DNA of 64,000 nucleotides from an uncultured Flavobacteriaceae bacterium (GCA_947311635.1 CAMZLD010000056.1:365-64364); one strand, 5' to 3'. Numbered from the stretch's first letter, positions 26,932 through 37,532 are shown. Notes: a model not told the origin generated them from the sequence alone. Program-made: numbers and translations.

Positions 26932-28146
26932 TTAAGAAAGCATCTTTTTTGCACGTTCAACAGCACTGATAAATAGATCTATTTCTTCTTTGGTGTTGTA
27001 AAAAGCAAACGAAGCTCTTACGGTACCAGGAATATTATAAAAGCTCATAATTGGCTGTGTACAATGATGCCCTGTTCTAACAGCTATGCCAAGTTTATCA
27101 ATGATAACACCAATATCATACGGATGAATACCATTTATATTAAAAGAAATAACGGCTGTTTTTTCTTCTGAAGTACCATAAATGGTTAAACCATTTATTG
27201 CTTTTAATTGTTTTGTGGCATATTGTAATAATTCATTTTCATAAGCTGCTATGTTTTTAAAGCCAATAGCATTCATATAATCTAATGCAACTCCAAAGGC
27301 AATTCCGCCAGCAATATTTGGTGTCCCGGCTTCCATTTTATGGGGTAACTCTGCATAGGTTGTTTTTTCAAAAGTTACGTCTTTTATCATTTCACCACCA
27401 CCTTGATATGGAGGAAGTTTGTTAAGCCACGTTTCTTTTCCGAAGAGCATACCAACACCCGTTGGACCACACATTTTATGAGCAGAAACAGTATAAAAAT
27501 CAACATCTAATGCTTGCATGTTTGCCTTTATGTGCGGGCTTGCTTGTGCGCCATCAATTAAAACAGCAGCGCCAACAGCATGGGCTTTATCTATGATTTT
27601 TTTAATGGGATTTACGGTGCCTAAAGCGTTAGAAACATGATTTACAAAAACCAATTTGGTGTTTTTTGAGAGTAATTGTTCATAAGCATCCATATCCAAT
27701 TCACCACTTTGTACCATAGGAATTACTTTAAGCACAGCGCCTGTTTTTTCGCACAACATTTGCCAAGGCACAATATTAGAATGATGCTCTAAGGCAGAAA
27801 CAATAATCTCATCATCTTTTTTTATAATTTTAGCAAACCCACTAGCTACAAGGTTGATGCTTTCTGTAGTACCCGAAGTAAAAATGATTTCGTGTGCATG
27901 CTTGGCGTTAAAATGATGTTGTATTTTTTTTCTAGCAAGCTCGTAGCCATTTGTTGCCTCTTGACTTAACGTATGAACACCTCTATGTATGTTTGCATTG
28001 TAATTTGAATAGTAATTTACAATACTATCAATCACCAATTGTGGTGTTTGAGAGGTTGCAGCATTGTCAAAATAAACCAAAGGTTTTCCGTTTACAGAAC
28101 GTTTTAATATTGGAAAATGAGCACGTATTTTTTGAATATCAAACAT
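26932..28146 (-). CDS. sufS: cysteine desulfurase, SufS family
   Basis: Class V aminotransferase with PLP lysine SAHKMCGPTG and active-site RTGHHCTQP; 404 aa. Confidence 0.93.
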   Translation of the reverse strand: MFDIQKIRAHFPILKRSVNGKPLVYFDNAATSQTPQLVIDSIVNYYSNYNANIHRGVHTLSQEATNGYELARKKIQHHFNAKHAHEIIFTSGTTESINLVASGFAKIIKKDDEIIVSALEHHSNIVPWQMLCEKTGAVLKVIPMVQSGELDMDAYEQLLSKNTKLVFVNHVSNALGTVNPIKKIIDKAHAVGAAVLIDGAQASPHIKANMQALDVDFYTVSAHKMCGPTGVGMLFGKETWLNKLPPYQGGGEMIKDVTFEKTTYAELPHKMEAGTPNIAGGIAFGVALDYMNAIGFKNIAAYENELLQYATKQLKAINGLTIYGTSEEKTAVISFNINGIHPYDIGVIIDKLGIAVRTGHHCTQPIMSFYNIPGTVRASFAFYNTKEEIDLFISAVERAKKMLS

Positions 28147-28221
28147 AGTGAAAATTTGTTAAAAAAAATGTACACAAAAGTATAGTAAATTATCTACATT
28201 TGCTTCTAAAGATAACAATTA

Positions 28222-29553
28222 ATGAAATTATTTAAAAGAATACTTATTATTGTACTTTTAGCTTTTGTTGTAGTTGTTTGGCTCAATTACCCTAGGCTCA
28301 ATCTTATTTCTGGCTATGCGGCTAAAAACATGGCGTCTAACGTTTTTTATGCACAAAGAAAAGCGGTAACCATAAATGCTGTAGATCATCAAATAGCTTC
28401 TATTAGTATTGCTAAAACCAATGTTGATAAAAACGAAAAATCGGCAACTGCTAGTGTTTTTGGATTTGTAAAACGTACTGCTATTTATAGAGAGGGTTTG
28501 GGTGCTGTTTTAGTAAATGATGATTTTGATGTTAAAGCTCCTTACGACATTCCGAAGCGGAACAAAACAGCTAAAAACCTACCTTTTCCCTTCGGAAATT
28601 TACCTCAAAAAGATACCGTTTTTTTAAATGTAGATTATAAAACTTTAGAAAGTGTTGTCAATAACGCTTTTGATAAAGGAAATGAAAAAAAATTACAAAC
28701 ACGCGCTTTGTTAGTCATTTATAAAGATCAAATAATTGCAGAAAAATATGCAAAGGGTTTTAATAAAGAAACACCTTTGTTAGGTTGGTCAATGACCAAG
28801 AGTATAACTGCAACTATCTATGGCATTTTAGAAAAAGAGCGCGGTTTTGATATTCAAAAACCTGTGGTACTTTCTGCATGGAAAAATGATGAGCGTTCTA
28901 AAATTACTTACAATGATTTACTGCATATGAATAGTGGTTTAGCTTGGGAAGAAAATTACAAAACCATCTCTGACGTTACAAAAATGCTTTTTTTTGAAAG
29001 CGATATGTCGAAACCTCAAATAGACAAACCATTGGTTGGTAAAACAGGGAATACATGGAATTATGCTTCTGGGACAACAAATTTATTATCGGGTTTGCTT
29101 CAAAAAGAATTTAAAAATCATCAAGAATATCTTGATTTTTGGTACCATAAATTAATAGACAGAATAGGAATGCATTCTATGTTGATAGAAAGTGATTTAG
29201 CGGGTAATTTTGTAGGTTCTTCTTATGGTTGGGCAACTCCTCGTGATTGGGCTAAGTTTGGACTTTTATACTTACACAAAGGCAACTGGAATGGCGATCA
29301 AATTTTTAAACCTACCTGGGCAAAGTATGTTGCAATACCAACCGAAACATCTAACGGACAGTATGGTGGGCATTTTTGGTTAAATGCAGGTGGTATTTAT
29401 CCAGACATTCCAAAAACAGCATTTTCTGTTAATGGATACCAAGGGCAGCGAATCTTTATTTTTCCGACCAAAGATTTGGTGGTTGTGCGTATGGGCTTAG
29501 CTACGATGGATTTTAATAGGATGTTAAAAGATATTTTAGCAACTGTAAAGTAA
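28222..29553 (+). CDS. serine hydrolase (beta-lactamase/transpeptidase-like family)
   Basis: N-terminal TM/signal segment and an SxxK motif (WSMTKSITA); 443 aa. It lies on the opposite strand between sufS and sufD. Confidence 0.7.
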   Translation: MKLFKRILIIVLLAFVVVVWLNYPRLNLISGYAAKNMASNVFYAQRKAVTINAVDHQIASISIAKTNVDKNEKSATASVFGFVKRTAIYREGLGAVLVNDDFDVKAPYDIPKRNKTAKNLPFPFGNLPQKDTVFLNVDYKTLESVVNNAFDKGNEKKLQTRALLVIYKDQIIAEKYAKGFNKETPLLGWSMTKSITATIYGILEKERGFDIQKPVVLSAWKNDERSKITYNDLLHMNSGLAWEENYKTISDVTKMLFFESDMSKPQIDKPLVGKTGNTWNYASGTTNLLSGLLQKEFKNHQEYLDFWYHKLIDRIGMHSMLIESDLAGNFVGSSYGWATPRDWAKFGLLYLHKGNWNGDQIFKPTWAKYVAIPTETSNGQYGGHFWLNAGGIYPDIPKTAFSVNGYQGQRIFIFPTKDLVVVRMGLATMDFNRMLKDILATVK

Positions 29554-29555
29554 GA

Positions 29556-30869
29556 CTACAAATCAAACCCAATTGCAACACCCAATTTTTTTGCAATAAG
29601 TTTGTTGATGCGTTTTTTTATTTCAGGTATTTTTACACTTTCTAAAACATTGTTAGAAAAAGCATACAATAATAATGCGCTAGCTTCTTTTTTAGGAATT
29701 CCTCTTTGCTGCATATAAAACAACGCATCTTGGTCTAATTGACCAATGGTACAACCATGAGAACATTTTACATCATCTGCAAAAATTTCTAATTGAGGTT
29801 TGGCATTAATAGTTGCTTTATCATCAATAATAATATTGTTGTTTTGCTGATAAGCATTTGTTTTTTGAGCTTCTTTATTGACAAGTACTTTGCCATTAAA
29901 AACACCAATGGCACGTTCTGCAAAAATACCTTTATAATCTTGATGGCTTTCGCAATTTGGTGTGATGTGGTGTACCAAGGTACTATGATCTACATGTTGT
30001 TTGCCTTTAATAATGGTTATGCCTTTTAAGATGGAGTCAATACCTTCTCCTTTTTGAAAAAATTGTAAATTATTTCTGGTTAATTTTCCTCCAAAAGAAA
30101 ATGTATGTACAGAACAAATACTACCTTGTTTTTGTTGCACAAAGGTGTTGTCTATTAAAGAAGCTGTTTCATGGTCATTCTGAACTTTATAAAAATCGAC
30201 AACAGCACGTTTGTTTGCAAAAATTTCTGTAACTGAATTAGTAAGCACAGGGTTTTCTGTTAAACTTTGGTGACGTTCTATAATTTGAATGTGCGAATTT
30301 TCATTTACCACAATTAAATTACGCGGTTGTATTAACAGAGCACTTTCTTTTCTGGTAGAAAAATATATGATTTCAACAGGTTTATCGACTACTTTTCCCT
30401 TCGGAATATTAATATACACACCTTCTTTTGCAAAGGCTGTATTTAAAGAGGTTAAACTGTCTTTTGATGCAATCTGGTTAAAATAAGTATCTATAACCAT
30501 TTTGTATTTTGGCTTGTTTAATGCCGATGATAAAAGACAAATATCTAAGCCATCATGACTAGTTTCAGAAAGAAAAGAGCTGTAAATACCATCAACAAAT
30601 ACCACTTTATAAGTGTCAATATTATGCAGAAAATAAGGTTTTACAGCATTGTAATCTATGGTAGTTTCTTGGTTAGGAAAAACACTATAATCATGCTTTA
30701 GTAATGATTTTAATGAGGTGTATTTCCAGGCTTCGTCTTTTTTAGTAGGAAAACCCTTGGTTTCAAACATTTTGATAGCTTCTGTACGAATATCATGTAT
30801 ACTGGTAGAGACATCAACCTGATTTTCAAAAGCCATAAATGACGCAACTAATTTCTTTTTTAATTCCAT
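29556..30869 (-). CDS. sufD: Fe-S cluster assembly protein SufD
   Basis: 437 aa with the beta-helix C-terminal pattern (...PQLEIFADDVKCSHGCTIGQLD..ALFYMQQRGI) and its position in the suf operon. Confidence 0.92.
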   Translation of the reverse strand: MELKKKLVASFMAFENQVDVSTSIHDIRTEAIKMFETKGFPTKKDEAWKYTSLKSLLKHDYSVFPNQETTIDYNAVKPYFLHNIDTYKVVFVDGIYSSFLSETSHDGLDICLLSSALNKPKYKMVIDTYFNQIASKDSLTSLNTAFAKEGVYINIPKGKVVDKPVEIIYFSTRKESALLIQPRNLIVVNENSHIQIIERHQSLTENPVLTNSVTEIFANKRAVVDFYKVQNDHETASLIDNTFVQQKQGSICSVHTFSFGGKLTRNNLQFFQKGEGIDSILKGITIIKGKQHVDHSTLVHHITPNCESHQDYKGIFAERAIGVFNGKVLVNKEAQKTNAYQQNNNIIIDDKATINAKPQLEIFADDVKCSHGCTIGQLDQDALFYMQQRGIPKKEASALLLYAFSNNVLESVKIPEIKKRINKLIAKKLGVAIGFDL

Positions 30870-30892
30870 TTGTAAGTTTCTTGTTTCTTGTT

Positions 30893-31291
30893 TTAAGCTT
30901 TATCCTTAAATTTGTTGCCTTTAAAGGTTTTTTTATTTAAATAATAAATAAAACTTGCAATTCTTTTGCTTAACTGTGTGTATTGATTAACCAGTTTTAT
31001 TAACTTACTTTCAGAGATATATTCAGCGTCATACAATCTGTATAATTGTGACCTTGTTTCACCTTCAGAAGCTTTTGCAATTGATAAGAATTGCCGAAAT
31101 TCCAAATTCCCATCTCTTTCAAAGCCTTCTGCAATATTATCCATCACAGAGCCAGAAGACGCTTTGATTTGATCTTTTAAACGAAAGTCTGTTTTTAAAT
31201 CTGTAACCTTAGAAAGAACAATGATTTCTTTAGCCAACACTCTAGCTTCTTGCCATATTTCTAATTCTTCAAATTGTTTTATGGTTGACAT
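30893..31291 (-). CDS. four-helix-bundle protein (23S rRNA intervening-sequence / Avd-like family)
   Basis: 132 aa with FEELEIWQEAR...DQIKASSGSVMDNIAEGFER....EFRQFLSIAKASEGETRSQLY, the typical signature of this family. Confidence 0.8.
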   Translation of the reverse strand: MSTIKQFEELEIWQEARVLAKEIIVLSKVTDLKTDFRLKDQIKASSGSVMDNIAEGFERDGNLEFRQFLSIAKASEGETRSQLYRLYDAEYISESKLIKLVNQYTQLSKRIASFIYYLNKKTFKGNKFKDKA

Positions 31292-31313
31292 AATTGAATT
31301 TAAATACTTGAAA

Positions 31314-32069
31314 CTATAAACTAGAAACTTCTTTTTTAATCCAATCGTAGCCTTTTGCTTCTAGCTCGTGAGCCAATTCTTTACCTCCAGATTTTACAAT
31401 TTTACCATCATATAATACATGTACAAAATCGGGCACAATATAATCTAGTAAACGTTGGTAATGTGTAATGATAATTACAGCATTGTCTTTGCTTTTTAGT
31501 TTATTTACACCATTGGCTACAATCCGTAGTGCATCAATGTCTAGACCAGAATCTGTTTCATCCAGAATAGCTAATTTTGGTTCTAACATGGCAAGTTGAA
31601 AAATTTCATTACGTTTTTTTTCACCACCAGAAAAACCTTCATTTAATGAGCGCGATAAAAATTTTCTATCAATTTCTAATAATGCTGCTTTTTCTTTAAT
31701 TTTTTGTAGTAAATCTTTGGCAGACATTTCTTCTAAACCTTGTGCTTTACGTGATTGATTGATCGCGGTTTTAATAAAATTTGTTACCGTAACACCCGGT
31801 ATTTCTACAGGATATTGAAACGATAGAAAGATACCTTTATGTGCTCTTTCTTCTGGGCTCATTTCACTAATATCTTCGTTGTTCAATGCTATCAAACCTG
31901 CTGTAGTTTCATAGTCTTCTTTTCCTGCTACAACACCAGCTAAGGTGCTTTTTCCTGCACCATTTGGACCCATAATAGCGTGTACTTCTCCTGCTTTTAC
32001 TTCTAAGTTAATTCCTTTTAAAATTTCTTTAGTGCCAATAGTAGCATGTAAATTGGTTATTTTTAGCAT
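31314..32069 (-). CDS. sufC: Fe-S cluster assembly ATPase SufC
   Basis: MLKITNLHA..., Walker A GPNGAGKST, ABC signature FSGGEKKR and Walker B ILDETDSGLD. I set the start at 32069; the track ORF extends upstream into the neighbouring gene. Confidence 0.95.
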   Translation of the reverse strand: MLKITNLHATIGTKEILKGINLEVKAGEVHAIMGPNGAGKSTLAGVVAGKEDYETTAGLIALNNEDISEMSPEERAHKGIFLSFQYPVEIPGVTVTNFIKTAINQSRKAQGLEEMSAKDLLQKIKEKAALLEIDRKFLSRSLNEGFSGGEKKRNEIFQLAMLEPKLAILDETDSGLDIDALRIVANGVNKLKSKDNAVIIITHYQRLLDYIVPDFVHVLYDGKIVKSGGKELAHELEAKGYDWIKKEVSSL

Positions 32070-32455
32070 TATTTTGTCTTTAATTCTATTATTTCTTCTT
32101 TTACCTTTATAGGTTCTACTTTTATAATTTCTTTGATAATCACCATGCGCTCCCAACCTTCATTTGGGTTTTTAATGACGATACCTTTTACAGAAACAGG
32201 TACCATATCATACTTTGAATCTTGATACTGTTTGCATTGATTTGCTAGTTTTTTGGCTTTTTCATCAATCTTAACCGCGTACATTTCTGACGGAGATTGT
32301 ATTACGGCAGCATCTTTTGTCATTAAAAAAGTACCGTTAATATAATTAAATTGTTGAATATCTTCAGTAGTTGATTTTTGTTTTTTTGAAGTTTCCTTTT
32401 TACAGTTTACAACGCTTAATGATATAAGCATTAGGTAAAAAAATATTTTTTTCAT
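32069..32455 (-). CDS. hypothetical lipoprotein inserted between sufB and sufC
   Basis: 128 aa with lipobox VVNC. Its stop overlaps the sufC start (TAATG). No motif recognised. Confidence 0.55.
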   Translation of the reverse strand: MKKIFFYLMLISLSVVNCKKETSKKQKSTTEDIQQFNYINGTFLMTKDAAVIQSPSEMYAVKIDEKAKKLANQCKQYQDSKYDMVPVSVKGIVIKNPNEGWERMVIIKEIIKVEPIKVKEEIIELKTK

Positions 32456-32466
32456 TCTATTGTTTT

Positions 32467-33915
32467 TTAACCCACACTTCCTTCGAGTGATATTTCTAAT
32501 AATTTTTGAGCTTCAACCGCAAATTCCATAGGTAATTTGTTTAATACTTCTTTGCTAAAACCATTAACGATTAAAGCAATGGCTTTTTCGGTATCGATAC
32601 CTCTTTGGTTGCAGTAAAAAATTTGGTCTTCGCCAATTTTACTAGTGGTAGCTTCGTGCTCTATTTGTGCTGTTTTGTTTTTTGCTTCTATGTACGGAAA
32701 CGTGTGTGCACCGCAGGCATTGCCCATTAAAAGGGAATCGCATTGTGTAAAATTACGTGCATTATCTGCTTTGGCGTGTACTTGTACTAAGCCTCGGTAG
32801 CTGTTTTGTGATTTTCCTGCAGAAATTCCTTTTGAAATAATGGTCGATTTGGTATTTTTTCCGAGGTGAATCATCTTGGTACCTGTGTCTGCTTGTTGAT
32901 GATTATTGGTTACGGCAATTGAATAAAATTCACCAATGGCGTTGTCTCCTTTTAAAATACAACTTGGGTATTTCCAAGTAACGGCGCTTCCTGTTTCTAC
33001 TTGTGTCCAAGAAATTTTTGAATTTTCATGGCAAATACCTCGTTTTGTTACAAAGTTATAAACGCCTCCTTTGCCTTCTGCATTTCCTGGAAACCAGTTT
33101 TGTACGGTTGAGTATTTTATTTCGGCACCATCAAGCGCTATCAATTCTACTACGGCAGCATGTAGTTGGTTTTCATCACGTGCTGGTGCTGTACAACCTT
33201 CTAGATAACTTACATAACTATCTTTGTCTGCTATTAAAAGGGTGCGTTCAAACTGACCTGTTCCGCCTTCATTAATTCTAAAATAGGTTGATAATTCCAT
33301 GGGGCATTTTACACCTTTTGGAATGTAGCAAAAAGAGCCGTCTGTAAAAACGGCCGAATTTAATGCTGCATAAAAATTATCTGTTTTAGGCACAATGGTA
33401 CCCATGTATTTTTGGACTAATTCTGGATGTTTTTGAATGGCTTCTGAAATGGGCATGAACAAGATTCCTTTTTCTGCCAAGGTTTTTTTAAATGTAGTGG
33501 CTACAGAAACCGAATCTACTACAATATCCATTGCAATATTGTTCATTCTTTTTTGCTCATTAACAGAGATTCCTAACTTTTTATACATGGCTAAAAGCTC
33601 TGTATCTACATCATCTAAAGTTTTATTTGGATCTGTTTTTTTTGGTGCAGAATAGTACGAAATAGCCTGAAAATCGGGTTTCTCGTAGTGTACATTTGCC
33701 CATTCTGGCTCTTCCATTTCTTGCCAAATACGAAAGGCGTCTAAACGCCAATCAAGCATCCATTGGGGTTCTTCTTTCTTTTTAGAAATGGCTTTTATAA
33801 TGTTTTCGTTTAATCCCTTCGGAAATGTTTCTGCGTCTAATTCAGAATAAAAACCAAATTCGTATTCTTGGGTTTTAAGTTCTTCTCTTAAATCATCTTC
33901 GGTATATTTATTCAT
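32467..33915 (-). CDS. sufB: Fe-S cluster assembly protein SufB
   Basis: Highly conserved SufB sequence (...[27 protein letters not shown]...[21 protein letters not shown]). Start at MNKYTEDD (33915). Confidence 0.95.
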   Translation of the reverse strand: MNKYTEDDLREELKTQEYEFGFYSELDAETFPKGLNENIIKAISKKKEEPQWMLDWRLDAFRIWQEMEEPEWANVHYEKPDFQAISYYSAPKKTDPNKTLDDVDTELLAMYKKLGISVNEQKRMNNIAMDIVVDSVSVATTFKKTLAEKGILFMPISEAIQKHPELVQKYMGTIVPKTDNFYAALNSAVFTDGSFCYIPKGVKCPMELSTYFRINEGGTGQFERTLLIADKDSYVSYLEGCTAPARDENQLHAAVVELIALDGAEIKYSTVQNWFPGNAEGKGGVYNFVTKRGICHENSKISWTQVETGSAVTWKYPSCILKGDNAIGEFYSIAVTNNHQQADTGTKMIHLGKNTKSTIISKGISAGKSQNSYRGLVQVHAKADNARNFTQCDSLLMGNACGAHTFPYIEAKNKTAQIEHEATTSKIGEDQIFYCNQRGIDTEKAIALIVNGFSKEVLNKLPMEFAVEAQKLLEISLEGSVG

Positions 33916-33926
33916 AATAGAAAAAA

Positions 33927-34256
33927 TTAAAGTGAAAATGACTCTCCACAACCACAGGTGCGTTGTGCGTTTGGATTGTTAAAAACCAATCCTTTACCGT
34001 TTAAACCACCAGAATAATCTAATATAGTGCCTGCTAGGTATAAAAAACTTTTTTTATCAACCAGTAGGCGTATGCCATTATCTTCAAACAGTTTATCGTT
34101 TTCTAATTTATTATTATCAAATTTTAATTCGTAAGAAAGCCCAGAGCAACCACCGCTTTTTACACCAACACGTACAAAATCTTTTGTGGTGTCAAAGCCG
34201 TCTTCTTGCATCATCTCTAGGACTTTTTTTCTTGCTTTTTCTGAAACTTTTATCAT
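33927..34256 (-). CDS. sufA: iron-sulfur cluster assembly accessory protein (HesB/IscA/SufA family)
   Basis: 109 aa with GGCSG...and a C-terminal CGCGESF cluster-ligand motif. Start at MIKVSEKA (34256). Confidence 0.88.
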   Translation of the reverse strand: MIKVSEKARKKVLEMMQEDGFDTTKDFVRVGVKSGGCSGLSYELKFDNNKLENDKLFEDNGIRLLVDKKSFLYLAGTILDYSGGLNGKGLVFNNPNAQRTCGCGESFSL

Positions 34257-34353
34257 AATCTTTAGATTTAGATTCATTCTAAATAGAGCACAAATATACA
34301 TACAAAAATTAAGATTTGTAGTATAAATTAAGATAAGGATTTCTTTTACTTAA

Positions 34354-35418
34354 TTAGGGTGCTTGAAAATTGGGATTGTTGATAAATTCAGTATCAGAAA
34401 GTGATAGTAAAAAGGCTTTTAAATCTGCTTTATCTGCGGCTGTTAATTGTGCGCCACCAGTTGCCAAATTTTTCATTAGTGGGTCTATAGTTGGGGAGTT
34501 AACCAAACCTTCGCTGTAATGATTTATAACTTCATCTAAGGTTGCAAAACGACCATCATGCATATACGGAGCCGTAAAAGCTAGGTTTCTTAATGAAGGG
34601 CTTTTAAATTTGCCATTGTCTGCGGGATCACCTGTTATTTCTCCCAAACCTAAATCACTAAAAGACGTGTCTAAACCATTGTTATGAAATATATTATCTG
34701 TCCATAATGGGTTTCTGTCACTTCCATGGCAATGAAAACAATCTCCTTTAGATTCGTCCATAAAGACACTAAACCCATTTAATTCTGAAGGGGTTAACGT
34801 ACCTTGATTGGTAAGGTATTTGTCAAATTTTGAGTTGGCAGAAATTAGTGTACGTTCAAATTGAGCAATGGCTTGTATTACCCTTGGCGGCATGATTTGA
34901 TCACTACCAAAAGCAGCCTTGAAAAGCGCAGGATATTCTGAACTTGCACGTAAATTTTGTACTGCATTTGGCCATGTGTTATGCATTTCTATAGGATTAA
35001 TAACGGGCTGCATAGCTTGGTTTTCAATGCTAAAAGCCCTACCGTCCCAAAAGAAATTTTCATCATAATTCCAAGCCATATTAAAAATAGGCATTGAATT
35101 ACGCGTACCTAATAGACCATCAATACCTGTACTAAACTGATCACTATCTGTAAAAGCATTTTGTGGTGAATGACAAGATGCACAAGATTGCGTACCATCG
35201 CCAGAAAGAATGGGATCGTAAAATAATTTTCTACCCAATGCAACTCCTTCTACTGTTTGAGGGTTGTTTGTGGGTATGATTGGCGCTAAAATGTTGTCAG
35301 CAAAAAGTTGCGGAATTTCTAGAGGTGAGGGTGTTGCTCTTACTGTTTCTGTACCCTTGTCAGATGTACATGAAAGAGAAGATATTCCGAAGAAAATAAT
35401 AAGGCTTAATTTTTTCAT
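34354..35418 (-). CDS. di-haem cytochrome c peroxidase family lipoprotein (MauG/MbnH-like)
   Basis: Lipobox SSLSC and two CxxCH haem motifs (CASCH and CFHCH) at CCP-family spacing. It lies immediately downstream of the MbnP-like gene (6-nt gap). Confidence 0.85.
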   Translation of the reverse strand: MKKLSLIIFFGISSLSCTSDKGTETVRATPSPLEIPQLFADNILAPIIPTNNPQTVEGVALGRKLFYDPILSGDGTQSCASCHSPQNAFTDSDQFSTGIDGLLGTRNSMPIFNMAWNYDENFFWDGRAFSIENQAMQPVINPIEMHNTWPNAVQNLRASSEYPALFKAAFGSDQIMPPRVIQAIAQFERTLISANSKFDKYLTNQGTLTPSELNGFSVFMDESKGDCFHCHGSDRNPLWTDNIFHNNGLDTSFSDLGLGEITGDPADNGKFKSPSLRNLAFTAPYMHDGRFATLDEVINHYSEGLVNSPTIDPLMKNLATGGAQLTAADKADLKAFLLSLSDTEFINNPNFQAP

Positions 35419-35424
35419 TTTAAT

Positions 35425-36180
35425 TTAAGGGTTTATTGTACCAAGACTAAAAACACTGGCACCATTTTCTTGCATAAGTATTTGTGCTGCATAATTGCCC
35501 ATTAATGCATTGTTATAAACATTTAAATCCCATTGATTTGGATTTTTAAACCATTCTGCAATGTTCATTTTAAGCTCAATGGATGCATCACCTGCAAATG
35601 TTTGGTTGTTTAAAGGCAAATTAATTGCGATATGATTGTCTTCATAAGTTCCTGTAGAAACTAAAGCTTTTCCCATGTGGTAAGCATAGGTGTTTGCTGC
35701 TGGCATAGTATTGTTTATGTATTGCCCTTCTAATTGCATGTTATGATAACCGCCACCTAGCATGTCTGGCCAATTCCAAGAAGCCGAATTTAAATCTGCA
35801 TAATTTTCTGCATTATCTGCTGCATCAAAACCAAAATTGAATGAAAATGAAGTATATGTTTTGTTAGGAACAACAGTGTTTGAAGTAAAATTTAAGGTAT
35901 TGTCATTTGCAAGATCTATTAGGTTATAGCCTTCTAGTTCTACTGTTGACCCATCACTTGCGTGTAATTCCATTTTAGAAATTAAGTAACGCAATCTGGT
36001 TACGCTTAATTGCTCTCCGTTGGCATTTGTATATTGAATGGTATTAAAATTAATAGCTGTTCCGTCCCAGTTCTGCGTAAAATTCATGGTTATGGTTGCC
36101 GTCTGAACAGGATCATCTGAGTTACATGAAACAAAAAGTGTAATGATTGTTAATAGGGTTAAAATTTTTGGTATTTTCAT
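35425..36180 (-). CDS. MbnP-like family lipoprotein
   Basis: 251 aa with lipobox LFVSC. The N-terminal pattern (...F.Q.WDG......T..YTNANGEQLSVTRLRYLISKMEL...DGS) matches my memory of MbnP-family proteins, and it is paired with a di-haem peroxidase as MbnP/MbnH are. Confidence 0.6.
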   Translation of the reverse strand: MKIPKILTLLTIITLFVSCNSDDPVQTATITMNFTQNWDGTAINFNTIQYTNANGEQLSVTRLRYLISKMELHASDGSTVELEGYNLIDLANDNTLNFTSNTVVPNKTYTSFSFNFGFDAADNAENYADLNSASWNWPDMLGGGYHNMQLEGQYINNTMPAANTYAYHMGKALVSTGTYEDNHIAINLPLNNQTFAGDASIELKMNIAEWFKNPNQWDLNVYNNALMGNYAAQILMQENGASVFSLGTINP

Positions 36181-36197
36181 TGTTAATCTTTTAAGGG

Positions 36198-37532
36198 TTA
36201 TTTTATTTTAATGAGTAATCCATCGGTAAAACCTTTGTTGGTAATAATATCATGATCATTGCTACTAGTTTCTCCTGCGATAATTAGGTTTTTGTTAGAA
36301 AGCTCGATTACACCAAAAGCTAAATCGGTGCTAGAACCTCCAATAGATTTATTCCATTCTAAATTTCCTGTTTCAGAAATTTTAATAATCCAGGCATCGT
36401 TTCTTCCTAAATTTGGAGTTGAAATATCGCCAGTTGTACTTCTTGAGTTTCCTGCAATGTAAAATCCACCATCTTGTGCAGCGGTTATGGATGTTGCAGC
36501 ATCAAATTGTTCTCCTCCATAATTTTTTTCCCAAAGTAATTGGCCATCTTCGTCAATTTTAATCGCCCAAATATCTGCTACACCATTGTTTGTGCTAATA
36601 TCGAAATCTGTACTTCTACTATCGCCTACGATTATAAAATTACCGTCTGCTGTTTTAGTGATTGCATAGGATTTGTCTATTTGAGATCCGCCATATGTTT
36701 TTTCCCACATTTTATTTCCATTGGCATCAATTTTAATGAGCCAGTAATCATAGCTTCCATGATTGCTACTAATATCAATATCAGAGCTATCTGTATATCC
36801 AGATAAGATAAAACCATTGTCATTGGTTTGTACAACGCCATTAGTTACTTCTGTTAATGAGCCTCCAAAATAACGTCTCCAAATTTTGTTGCCATTTGCA
36901 TCTAATTTTATTGCCCAGTAATCTCCCCCAGCATGTGCTTGTCTTGTGCTTCTGTCATTTCCTTGTAAGTTAGATGCCGTTACATCTAAACTACCAGTTA
37001 TTAAATAGCCTCCATCATTGGTTTGAATTGCAGAATATGCTCTATCGAATCCTGAAAATCCAAATGTTTTTTCCCATGTTATATTTCCTAGGGCATCAAG
37101 TTTTACAATCCAAAAATCATCAGCACCAAAATTAGTAGTTACATCTTCATCATTGCTTCTAGATGCTCCAATTAATAAAAATCCGTTATCATTTGTGGCT
37201 ATTAATGTATTACCTCTATCGTCTCCTGTTCCTCCAAAAGTTTTAGACCATAGCATTTGATCATTAGAATCATATTTAACCAACCAATAGTCATAACCAA
37301 TTACAGGTTTGTCTGTAATATCGCCATCATTGCTTTGTGTAAAACCAAAAGCGGCATAGCCATCATCATTGGTTTTAACAACAGATTGAAAGCTGTCGTT
37401 ATTACTCCCTCCTGAAGTTTTTACTGCTTCAATTTCACCTAAAAAAGTATAAGTAGATTGTGCAGGTCCATCTTTATTACAACTTGTAAAAAGCAACAAG
37501 CCTAATATAGATAGTATTGATATGTTTTTCAT
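36198..37532 (-). CDS. seven-repeat beta-propeller lipoprotein (SBBP-like repeats)
   Basis: Lipobox LFTSC and seven ~58-aa repeats of the form W.KtfGGs..D.a.sv.qT.DGGy...G.s.S.dgDi..n.G..D.W..K.d..Gn. The conserved Trp residues fall at aa 95, 153, 218, 276, 334 and 393. Confidence 0.75.
   Translation of the reverse strand: MKNISILSILGLLLFTSCNKDGPAQSTYTFLGEIEAVKTSGGSNNDSFQSVVKTNDDGYAAFGFTQSNDGDITDKPVIGYDYWLVKYDSNDQMLWSKTFGGTGDDRGNTLIATNDNGFLLIGASRSNDEDVTTNFGADDFWIVKLDALGNITWEKTFGFSGFDRAYSAIQTNDGGYLITGSLDVTASNLQGNDRSTRQAHAGGDYWAIKLDANGNKIWRRYFGGSLTEVTNGVVQTNDNGFILSGYTDSSDIDISSNHGSYDYWLIKIDANGNKMWEKTYGGSQIDKSYAITKTADGNFIIVGDSRSTDFDISTNNGVADIWAIKIDEDGQLLWEKNYGGEQFDAATSITAAQDGGFYIAGNSRSTTGDISTPNLGRNDAWIIKISETGNLEWNKSIGGSSTDLAFGVIELSNKNLIIAGETSSNDHDIITNKGFTDGLLIKIK

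Noticed and set aside
30893-31291. Possible diversity-generating retroelement, because the four-helix-bundle protein belongs to the Avd-like family
   Set aside because: There is no reverse transcriptase ORF and no template/variable repeat pair anywhere nearby. The flanking genes are sufC and sufD.
34267-34283. TTTAGA-N5-TCTAAA dyad just upstream of sufA as an IscR/Fur-type operator
   Set aside because: Six-bp AT-only arms are expected by chance in this composition. It does not match any operator consensus I can recall for Bacteroidota.
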